Assembly (NCBI GenBank): GCA_010015585.1
Contig: ML975155.1
Origin: Eremomyces bilateralis CBS 781.70
Lineage: Eukaryota
Reading direction: 5' to 3' (one strand)
Length of the DNA stretch: 64,000 nt
Below are positions 37,801-48,823 of this stretch, piece by piece. The notes beneath the pieces are model-generated. The model did no database searches and was not told where the DNA came from. It saw only the letters and a list, made by a program, of their open reading frames with translations. A program made the translations under genes and the position numbers. Numbering within the stretch: position 1 is the stretch's first letter; each line of letters opens with the position of its first letter.

Positions 37801-39060
37801 TCTCGAAACACGAAGAAATCAGCACGAGCTGGTCTTTACGATACTATTTCCCCTCCCTGTCGTACTGGTGGCCTGGTCTTAAACGCAAGTAGACTAGAAT
37901 ACGAATCATGGATGATAGCGGGATTGAAAGTAACCACATGTATTCCGTAGTGGCTTCTCCATCCTCTAGAGTGACGATCACATGAAGTATGTCGTAAAGT
38001 AGGCAGTAAGAACACTTAGAACTCCTGACTTTGTATTCCTTTCGCAACTATTCTCTCGCCCTGTCCTACGATCCATGATTTATTCCCACAGGTCGACATC
38101 GGAGCCAAGCATTGCAATATAGGTTCTGATCCTGATCGAAGCACGAGACCTTGTCCTCGCCAAGTGCCATACCCTGTTGGATTGCTTCAGCGCCCTGTGT
38201 GTCCAGACTCCAGTACGACTGTGAGGCCAGTCTTATCCACATCCTTTTCCTATTACGCTGTCTACCATTTACTCCTAACCACCATTCATCACCCCCTCGA
38301 CCGATCATACCCCACGAAGACCAGTCCGCGCATCTCACTCGTTGTCGAAGACAGGTTTCTTCTATTGCTAGACACCGATTGGAGCCCTATCCCGTACTGC
38401 CTAAGTGGCAATTGAATCCCGCTACTATCTCTTAGCTGTCTCACAATATTAAGGTGCTCCGCTGCCCCACAAACACACAAAGCTTCGCTCCCTTGGGATT
38501 GTGCCCGGTATCCGAACCAGCAATCCAGCACCAGTTCTCCATCTTCGCAGTGGTGTGCAAAGAAAAGAACGTCCAGCTGCCAGGAATACGTTCATTCGGG
38601 GAATTTCTCAAAAGTCGAACCAGACCCTCAACTACTTGCGGACCTTCCCCGTACCCCGCAGGGACAAAGTCGGTCTCCCAAAACACCCCATCTATCAAGC
38701 CCACCACCGAACCAACCCTTCACCATCATCCTCATTACGGACGTGAGACCTGGCTTTGGTCTTTCGGACTCAATTAGAGCTCTCTGTAGGCTGTTTCAAT
38801 CATACAGAAGACAGTTCAGTCAGCGGTGATTTAATCGCCTCACACTCCTTTGAATCGACAAACAAGGTCTCAGACACCACGTTCCACCTTCATCATCGTC
38901 TCACCAGCAGGACCGTAAGCGATCCTCTTAGCCCGCACACGACAGCACATCAATCAATTCGTCCGCTCCAATGCCGAAGCCTTTATAACCTAAATACCGA
39001 TCCCATCATTGCTTTTCCCCCAGCTGCCCGTCACCAGTATCTTTGATACGACCTGACCCA

Positions 39061-40979
39061 ATGGGCAACTCCAACGGCAAACCCGTCGTCTTCACCGACG
39101 AAGTCAACCTCAACCACTTCCGCCTCCTCCGTGTCGTTGGCAAAGGCGCCTTCGGAAAAGTGCGCATCGTCGAGCGCAAGGATACTGGGTTGACATTCGC
39201 TCTCAAATACATCCGCAAAGATGAAGTGGTGCGCAGTGAAAGCGTGCGAAACATCATTCGCGAGCGACGCATGCTGGAACATTTGAATCACCCCTTCCTA
39301 TGCAACCTGCGGTATTCTTTCCAGGACATTGAGTATCTCTATATCGTGGTCGACCTCATGAACGGCGGAGATCTGCGGTTCCACATCTCAAGGAAAGCGT
39401 TTACGGAAGAGGCGGTCCGTTTTTGGATTGCGCAGCTCGGTTGCGCCCTAAAATACATTCACGGGCAAGGAATCGTACATCGGGACGTGAAGCCAGATAA
39501 CGTCTTGCTGGATTCGGAGGGCCATGTCCATTTGGCAGACTTTGTGAGTGCATTCCTGAATAGAAGAGTCGATCGGTATTGACTGTGCTGAAGAACGTCG
39601 CCTCCGATTTCACGCCCCATAAACCATTGAACAGCAAATCCGGAACGCTGGCCTATCTTGCGCCAGAGGTATACCGAGCCAAGGGCTATTCATGCGAGGT
39701 GGACTGGTGGTCATTGGGCGTGCTCTTCTACGAATGCATATACAACCGAGTACGACGCACTAGTCCCAGTTACCGAACTACCAGCTAATTGAATCAACAG
39801 AGACCCTTCGACTCCAGCCCGGGCGAACCTCTTGCTCAGAAGATCATGAAGGGAGACGTGCACTATCCCGTCACAACTCCACCTGTCACAATGGTCTGCC
39901 TACACGCTATCAGCTCACTGCTTGAGAAGGATAGGAAACAACGTATCGGAGCCAAAAGCTTTGAATCCTTCATCGATAACCCTTTCTTCCGTCCGATCGA
40001 CTTCGCTGCACTAGAGCGAAAAGAGATTGAGCCGATCTTCGTCCCTTCAAGCGAAAAGACCAATTTCGATGCCACCTACGACCTAGAGGAGCTCCTGCTT
40101 GAAGAAGCACCCCTCGAGGCTCGAGCACGGAGACAGAAACCCCGAGAACAACTGAAGGACGACGCCACAGCGCAAGAAATCCGTGCCGAGGAACTACACA
40201 AGATGATTGAAAAGTTCTTCGAGCCCTTTAATTATACCAATGCAACTTACAGTCAACCCTCTCCGACCACCACCTCACCGCATCCCTCGTCGAGCGACTC
40301 ACCAAACGAATGGCCCTCTTCTTCCGCACCACGCCCTATCTCCCGTGACCCTTCCAGCACCGCGCTCGACGATCCGCACCTTCGCGCCGCCCCTGCCCCA
40401 CCTGCCACCCGCCGCGGCCGTTCCGCTACCACCTCACCCTCTGGATCTCCTCCCCTATTCAACCCACCCCTACCACATCCCCCGACATCCGACCCGCGAG
40501 GCGCTCTCCACCCGTCCTCCCCGCAGTCCGGTGGTTATTACGACCACGGCGGCGCCGACGCACCCTTCGATCCCAACGACCCCCACGGCCGATCGCACCA
40601 GCTCCGACACGGCTCGACCCGCTCGCATCATCACCACCACCGCGACCGCGACCCCGACGAGCAACTCGAGAGACCCGAGCGCAGCGGCCAGACGTCGCAC
40701 CCCCGGCGCGGCAACACGCGGAGCACGTCCGTCGGCGGCGGCGTGCAGATGGTGCTCGATCCGGGCGCCAGCTGGAGCGAGCTGGGCGTTCGCGAGTTGC
40801 CAGGCTCGACGGTGGTCTCCGGGAGCTCGGAACATCGGTTGGGAGGCGGCGGCGGGCCGAGGCAGCCGGGGTCGGTGCTGGGGTTCCTGTCGCGGAAGAA
40901 GGGGCGGGATCGAAGTCCCAAGGCGAAGGAGAGGGGCGTGTTGGGGAAGGAGGGGGCGAGGCAGATCGTTGGGGGGTGA
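39061..40979 (+). CDS. AGC-group Ser/Thr kinase, YANK/STK32-like
   Basis: MGNSNGK (possible myristoylation), [34 protein letters not shown]. Introns 39544-39593 and 39750-39800. Low-complexity C-tail. Confidence 0.88.
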
Positions 40980-41908
40980 GGGAGAGGTGGCGGTGGCTTG
41001 ATGCGTGGAAATCGATCCGAATCTCCGCTCTCTCTCTCGTTCTCCCTAGGTCTCACCATGCATCTTTCGGTATCATTATATCCACACGGGAATTCGGTCG
41101 GGATTCGGCCAGAGCACACCAGGCGTTGTTTTTTTCGCGTTCTTTCCATTTTCAATACTAGGAGCGCACGAGGCAAGAGCCGGTACTAATTTCACGGTCG
41201 TTCCTTCGGTTGGCATAGCGCGAGAGAGGCCGCCACACGCGTCGCGATTAACGGTTCTCACTGGAAACGGAAGCACCGGCGTCAGGACTGTTTGCTGCGG
41301 TTCACATTCATTCTCTTCATTGACGATGCAAGTACACGACGACCTTAGCATGTTTTCTTAATAAGCGAGCGGAGCGTGAGGTTTTCAGGAGGAGATCCGG
41401 CAGCAGGATTCACTTTGGGTGCTGCTTGCATCTTAGATGGGAGGGATGGGTCGGACGGGTGGGGTGGGATGGGTTAAGGGGCAGGCTTGTGTAAAAGTAA
41501 TAATGTAGATACCATACACAGTCTTAGTAATTGGAGAATACCTTATCATGCCTTTGGCTGCTTCAAATCCGTAGGCTGAGATAATGCCATAGCTGTCTCC
41601 GCTGATCGCGATAGGGAATCCGGCAGTGCGTATATCGACTTCCACAGTCCGCTCAAGTGGCGGATGGATATACTACCATAAGTGGAGTTTTATCCGAAAG
41701 CGCTCCAATTCTTGGACTATTATTCATCAACAAAGCATATTTAAAGTCTCAATACCAAATCAAAACATTTGAAATAGATCACTTAATTTTATTCTTGTCT
41801 TGTTGAACAGATCCTTTCAACGCTCTTCCAGTGGTCCGTCCCATTTGCCAGTTCAGCTCCGACATTGAACTTCCGGTTATCTTTCACTTGGATGAAATCG
41901 GCTTCGTC

Positions 41909-43131
41909 ATGGCAGTCAACCCGACCAATATACCAAATAACATAACGGCAGAGACCAATGCAGCTTCTACTGATGAGAGACGTTCGTTGGTGAACCGTCA
42001 GCTACCATCTATGGTGCTGTCGGATGGGGCAGAGAGCTCGATGACGGGACCGCCATTACCCTTTCCACACTACTTGAATAGCGAAGGGAAGGCGAGATAT
42101 CGCTTCACAGTGGAGGGAAGTGCTGTGAGTATGTGGCAGGTTTCATTATATTCTTAGGTTCAGTCAAAATGGATCCTTTTGTTGCATGTTTTCTCTCATC
42201 TTGAGACCAGTCCGTACACGTCGTATTCCAACTGCTTCTTATAATCAGTCTTGGTAGTGATGGGCAATAGTCCGTCGTCTATATCTGTATATTCCATGAA
42301 AAACGCTTCGCCCTGCTAACGGACGCCCTAGTCACTGGCGGCACTGGTACGCTCGCCCTGAACTGTGCCCGTGCTCTCCTTGAACACGGCTGTTCTGGAC
42401 TCGCTCTCCTAGACCGCCAGCCTCCATCCGACCCTACAATCCGAGCCGCGCTCTCCTCCCTTACTACAGACTTCCCTTCCTCCACAGTCCTGGTCCTCCA
42501 AGCCGACGTCACCGACGAAGCGAGCGTCCGCCGAGCCCTGGAAGAAGCAAAAGCGTCGCTGGATGATATCACCATCTGCTGCTGCTTTGCCGGGGTGGTG
42601 GACTGCCAACATGCAGTGGACCTGGACGTCGACCGATGGCGGCAGACCATCGACGTGAATCTGACCGGATCGTACGTCACGGCACGGGCAGTCGCGCGGG
42701 AGATGATGGCGGCGCAGACGGGTGGGTCGATTGTGTTCATTGCGTCGATTTCAGGGCATATCGTCAACTTTCCGCAGCCGCAGGCGAGCTATAATGTCTC
42801 GAAGGCGGGAGTGCTCCACTTGACCAAGTGTCTTGCAGCGGAGTGGGCGAGGTACGGTATCCGAGTGAACTCAATTTCGCCAGGGTATATGGATACGATC
42901 TTGAATGAAGGCCCGGGACTTGCGGCGGCGAGGGAGCAGTGGAATGCTAGGAATCCGATGGGAAGGATGGGGACGCCGGAAGAGTTGGCGGGGCCATTGA
43001 TTATGCTCTGCTCTTATGCAGGATCGTTCATCAATGGCGCAGACATTGTTGTCGATGGTGAGTTGAGGTGCTACCCACGTACTTTGGGATTTCTCACTGA
43101 CCGATTCCTAGGCGGAGCTTGCGTCTTCTGA
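41909..43131 (+). CDS. Short-chain dehydrogenase/reductase, D-arabinitol 2-dehydrogenase/sorbose reductase-like
   Basis: AV|ITGGTGTLA across intron 42129-42331, CFAG, SISG, YNVSK catalytic motif, IRVNSISPGYMDT. Confidence 0.85.
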
Positions 43132-43264
43132 GGATTGAAAAGCTATCCACGCTCTGAAATACTGACAATAGAGGTATGAAACGGAACGCTTGGGGAGGGG
43201 TTAGTGGATCCGATGTTTGTGAAATACACTTCACATAGGAACGTGGTCCAATCCAAAGTGTTAT

Positions 43265-46200
43265 TCATTCCTCCGCATCGCTCATAAGCCAATCTGGTTC
43301 AGCGTCTTCATCTTCCGGATCGTGTGACGCTAGCGAGCCTGCATCAATGTCCGATATTTTGGCGTCTTGATTCGAGACAGGATCAGATTCCTCTGGGATA
43401 AAGCCCCCTCCAAGACATCCATATTCTTCCAAGGGAGCTTCACTCTTCATGAGCACATCCGCAGTTCTTTGGCGCTCTCCAACCACGGCAAATGAGTCTT
43501 CAATGAGTCGGTTCTTTCCCTTCCCTTCAGTTGCAATCCCCTTTAAATCAAAACTTGGGCCGGGAGTGAGCATCGATGCTCGGTTTGAGCTGCTCGTCTG
43601 AGCATGTTTCGACCTGTCCACCTCCTCTTTCCTAGTTGATGGAGTTCTTGTCGCACCCAGGTCAAGGTCATCATACCAGTCAACGATGTTCTGCATTGGT
43701 CGTTCAATCCAGACTCGCCTTTTCTTATTGGGTGCATATGAACTTAGATCTGTGTTTTCAAATCCAACGAGATCCTCGTTGAGGGGCAACAGTCGAGTCG
43801 GCTGGTCCGTTTGATGTACCGCGCTTTCGTCATCATAAGGTTGGCGCCGTTGTTCCATCTCCTGAGCCGGATCATGAACGTCCGAAGCATCATCCATAAT
43901 CTGCTCCCCCCCTTCCACTTCACCGTGCTCTTCTTTAATTCTCTTTGCGATTTTCATACCCGTGATGAATCGCCTCCAGAGTGATAACAGCAGGAATGAC
44001 CTCTCTGTCTCCTTCGACTTGCTCTCGGCGTACTGGAGCCCCTCCACCACTGCCTCTACCGCCTCTTGATACTCTGCAGCGACAATCGCACCCTGCACAA
44101 CTGCCGATCCTGTGCGACCTTGGAATTGAAATCCCGTAACTGCATCGGCATAATCCACACCGACGAGTCTTGCGGCCCTAGCAGCAAGAGGAGCGCGAAT
44201 GTGCACGCCTCCAGCTGGAATCATGGATGGAACGTAGATGTCAAGGTTACGGTAGGCATTCTTCGGGACACGACCACCTACAACCGGTGGAGGGATGTAT
44301 AGTTCGGTCTGGAACAGTGCGTACAACGGCTTCCTTTCATCATCATCGTCTTCTTCATCAAGAGAAGCATCGGAATGCCCTCGTCTGGAACGCTGGGCGG
44401 CCCTCCTCCTAAACGCGTATTTCAGAGGCTGTTCGCCTTCCTATGAAGCTTCGTTAGGACACAGCATTTACTCTTCGAGAGACAGGTACTTGCCTTCACT
44501 TCTCTACCAAGACGAAACCACTTGTCTGCGCTTCGTACAATATGGACATCGCGTCGTCTATACACCGCTTCTTGTCTGCCTGATGCATTGCCGCCGGTAT
44601 TAACTCGACCCGCCTCTTGCTTCGGATACAAGATTTCACTCTGCTTCAAGTGCCGTTCGAGCACGTAGTAAGGATGATCCTTGAAATCTTGCACATTGCG
44701 TGGCATCGGCTCCTGGGCTTCCTTCGAAGCCAATTCTGCGACTTCAACTTGATCTCTCGCTTTCAAGGTCTGTCTTTTAAACATTTTCATCGCCCTTTTG
44801 AGCCACAATTCGCCACCCTCGATGCTCTCCACCCGAAGGCGTCTAGTCTTGCCAACGAATGCTTTGGCATATCTCCTAGTCACGTCTCTAGCAACGCCGT
44901 CTTTCTCGAACGCAATCACGTAGGCCATGACATTTTGCTTGTATGCCAGCGGCGGTTCGAGTTTCGATGGTTTACCAACAGTATAAGTCGCATGAGGATC
45001 CACGGGCACCCATTTCTGGATGTGTTTATTGAATGCCTCAACCCAAAAAACCGGAAAGCTCTCATGAATCGTCTTTTTTTGAACTTGTGAGGGAGCTTTT
45101 CCGAGGTCCATAGACGACGACTCCTCAAATATTCTGCGCCCGCTAGTACGTGAAATCCCCGAGGCGTTCATGAGTCCTGCCCTCGCCCGGGGTGGTGGTA
45201 TTGATATTGAAACCTTGGTCTCAGGCTGCTCTGCTGGACCTTTAGCATCGTCCTCCGAATCGTAGATATAAATGGTCTTCTTCGTATTCGAAGGTGTACG
45301 ACCGGTCGTTGTAGATGGGGCAGAAACGAGATTGAGCATCTGCAAAGAGCAAACGAGCCGAGTCTGGACGCCAATCGAACGCAAAAAGGCGCAGAGAAGT
45401 GCTGCGCCAGTATCCTGAGAGCCTTCAAGAGTTTCTGCAGCGCTGTAGAACCCACCACGGCTGATTCGTGGTTCTACATGCTCGGGAAGTTCGAATTCTC
45501 GGACCTCCTGGGTTGACCTTGCCCACCTAGGTGCTCGCTGGCCAACGGAAGTGATTCGATATTTCGTCCTCCACATCTGACATACCTGCGTCAGGCCGTC
45601 TGTGAAAGACGCTGTCTTAACTGCCTGGCTTCCCGATCTATCTGGAAACAGCAACCTCCGCATTTTCGGGTCCCCAAGGCCCCTTAATTTATCATGTACC
45701 TCTCCGAGGTTACACCAATGGTTGCGGAGGAACCCGTGGGCAAGAAGACAGAGAAAATGAAGCTTATGGACTTCGGTTCTGATCCGCTTGTCAAGCAAAG
45801 GTTGGGTGCGCGGTCTCACTAGCTTTTGCTGATGCTTTGCAGGCGTTTCCCCGAGGACGATGGAGAGATCTTCTTGGTCTTCTGATCCGTCATCTACAGC
45901 ATCTTCAAGCTCCGCAGACTCATCAAGGCCAACCTCCTCCCAGTCCATTTCACTCTCGTCCGACTCTGCTTCTTCTTGCTGCTCCTCGGCCCCGGGAACC
46001 CTGTCTCCGATGCCGCGCAAACGATAGGGATGGGGCTTATCAGGTTCAATATCAGATTCGTCATCCTTTTTGATATCTTTGCTTGCAGAGCCGATTGACG
46101 AATTCGCTGTCACAGCGCTCTTTGCAGTTTGCCTCCTCTTTCTCGGCCGTTCGGAGTCATCTGCCGAAGTTGGGTCTGATGCTGCATCAGCTAGCATCTC

Positions 46201-46293
46201 ACCGTAAATATCGGGCTTAGAGGTTGTTGCGGATTTGCCTTTCCTGCCACGAGGGGCCACGCCGCCACGAGTTCGTCCTGGTTTTCGCGGCAT
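43265..46293 (-). CDS. RAD4: DNA damage recognition protein Rad4/XPC
   Basis: HKLHFLCLL, RLVCSLQ, FWVEAFN..WVPVDP, DVTRRY, FKDHPYYVLERHL, VPKNAYRNLDIY. Single GC-AG intron 44441-44493. Confidence 0.9.
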
Positions 46294-46699
46294 CTTCAAG
46301 CGCACTGTTTCGAAGGAGTCCTGAAACGTCCGTGTATCGTCCCAAGGCTGTCACAGCCTATAAAAGCATTGGAAAGCCGCTCCGAATTTAATAAGAATAT
46401 AATATGACAGGAGTAGATACACCTGTGGTCACGAATAAACAATGATTGGCCGGCAAGGTGCATCATGACCTTGTCGTCCTTCAGTTTGGTGTGGAACCCG
46501 ATCCTGGAATGTTGAGTTTCCAATTATGCTAGCTAACACAATATCGAAACGGTCGTCGCGTAACGAAAACGCGAATGACACGCTTTTTGAGGGCGCTGCG
46601 ACCGTGATGCGCAAATATCAACTTGACTCTCATCATTTCGTGAGAACGGTGACGTTGAAATCGCGGAATCACATGATTAGTTATTGCCTGAGCACCTTA

Positions 46700-47413
46700 A
46701 TTGGAGGATTGCATAATTAGCTAAGTGGGCTTGGTCAAGGCTCAGATCTATCCATTAATTCATTTCCTAATACCACTCACGCCACTTACCAGAGCGAATT
46801 CGGCCTCTTTTTAGCTCGATGAGCTTTTTACAACGCTGAGACACTTCACTAATATATCCACGAATTGTTCGTTGACCAAATGAGACCCCATCTTCGTTTA
46901 TTCGCCGGGGAGATGGCTGTAATATAGGGCTTTCGAAATCGTTGATCTCCCGCCCATTTCTTTACATTTCGTTGTACTTTTTCCCTTTAACATTGAATTC
47001 GAGGGCTTGTTCATCGTACCATTGGTAACGGAGAGGATTTGATGGGTTTAATAAGCGATGGATATCTGAATCGCTTATTCTAGAGGGCTGTCCGAGACGT
47101 GTACTAAGCTTACGAGTCTTTCGATATGCGGCTCGACCATACTCTTTGCATTGTATATTAAGCCAAGTTCGACCTGTTGATGGAGGGATCTCTATTCCAT
47201 CTCTTTTACAAAAACTGTTGTTAAAAGAAGACCTTTTCGGAAGCGCGTTGTAGGCATCAAAGAATCGCGTTTTCCGTACAGTATTGTATTCAAATCGGTT
47301 AGGATTCTCTGTGGTAGGCATTGTTGTATAATTCGCGATAGAAAAACATAAGTGTGAGGCTGAAGTAATGTTGACGGGGACCTTGGGCGACGCCCCTACT
47401 GAGCCTTGCCCGA
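46700..47413 (-). mobile_element. Degenerate, internally deleted Tc1/mariner-type DNA transposon relic
   Basis: AT-rich island with transposase-like N-terminus (EYNTVRKTRFFDAY..PSTGRTWL..RKTRK), frameshifted 'QRFRKPYITAISPANKRR', and C-terminal 'QRTIRGYISEVSQRCKKLIELKRGRIRSGKW'. Partial inverted repeat TTGGTCAAGGCTCAG (46731-46745) / CTGAGCCTTGCCCGA (47399-47413). Confidence 0.7.
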
Positions 47414-47703
47414 TTGGGATTGAATACATCGACTCTGATCACCTCAGGGCTCCCTGATGTCATTGTTCAGTGTAGATTAGTTCAGAAACCGTATCTAATT
47501 TGGGCCTCCCGCATTTTAAACCCGTGGGTAGAAATACGTTGAAAAAATCCGCCATCGGATAGGCAGTCAAAGACCGACAAGAGCTAGGACATCCACACCC
47601 CTCATCATCACATCCACCGTGGCTGCATTGCCAGGAACTTTCCCTCATCTCATATCTGCATTCTGTTAAGAGCCACATAACGAACCCCACTGTGCCGCCC
47701 ACC

Positions 47704-48628
47704 ATGACCGAACCCACCCCCCTCCCCAACGCTGCCTCCCACCTCTCCGCCCCGGAAATCCGCGCCCTCTTTGCCAACCACTTCGGTGCCACCCACGGCG
47801 AGGAACGCGGCCGCAAATGGGACGAGCTCTGGCAGAACAACTTCACACCGTGGGATCAGGGCGAGCCCAACCCGGCTCTCGTCGACCTGGTTGACAGCTC
47901 CCATCCGAAGAATTCGTGCATTCCGGGGCCGGTCGTGCTGGATGGGCAGGGGAATGTTGTTAGGAGACGACGGGCGCTCGTGCCGGGGTGTGGGAAGGGT
48001 TACGATGTGCTTTTATTTGCGGCGAAGGGGTATGATGCGGTGGGGTTGGAGTATTCGGCGAAGGCGGTGGAGCAGTGTGAGGCGGAGAGGAGGCGATCGG
48101 AGGAGAATGGGTGGGAGGTCTACAAAGCGGGTCAGTACGGGAAGGGACGTGTGATGTTTTTGGAGGGAGACTTCTTTGCGAAGGAGTGGCAGAAAGACCA
48201 GCAGTGGGATTTAATTTACGATTACACTGTGAGCGCCGATTTGCTCCTCGACGATGATATGGCGGAATTGACGTGACTAGTTTCTCTGCGCGATGGAGCC
48301 GTCGATGAGACCCGCATGGGCGAGGCGAATGAGCGAACTGCTGACAAGGGACGGAAGGCTGGTGTGCTTGGAGTTTCCATTATACAAAGACACTACTTCT
48401 GGCGGTCCACCATGGGGACTCACTCCGGGAATATACGCCGCACATCTTGGGCATCCCGGGTTAGACATCCCATACGGTGAAGATAGAAAGCCGGATGAAG
48501 ACGAGGTGAAGAAGCTGGGATCAGGGGAAGTATCGCCGCTTGAGCGAACAGAGCACTGGCAACCGGATCGAACTTTCAAACTTGGTCAAGGAACGGATTA
48601 CTTGAGCATATGGAAGAAAGTGGATTGA
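47704..48628 (+). CDS. SAM-dependent thiol/halide methyltransferase (TPMT family)
   Basis: WDELW..PWD.G.PNPAL, ALVPGCGKGYDV, GDFF, YDYT|FLCA, LEFP, GPPWG. Intron 48229-48280. Confidence 0.88.
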
Positions 48629-48823
48629 GAAGCCCGATGGGGGATGGGAATCACGAGGAGCGGCAAGCGAGGTGTTTGCAAGTGTTTTTATTGGATTCTA
48701 AGCATATGGCTTGCACTCCTTCCCTGATGCTTTGCATCTTGTGCAGTCACCCTGTGAGTTCGAGAATGCCGAAAACGGCATTCCGAACATAATCGAGCTG
48801 CCCATTAACCTAGAACCGCCCCT

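Noticed and set aside
42129..42331. 203-nt SDR intron as a possible snoRNA host or microexon site
   Set aside because: No canonical C box with a matching CTGA D box, and the GTATGT donor at 42129 already restores the frame without a microexon.
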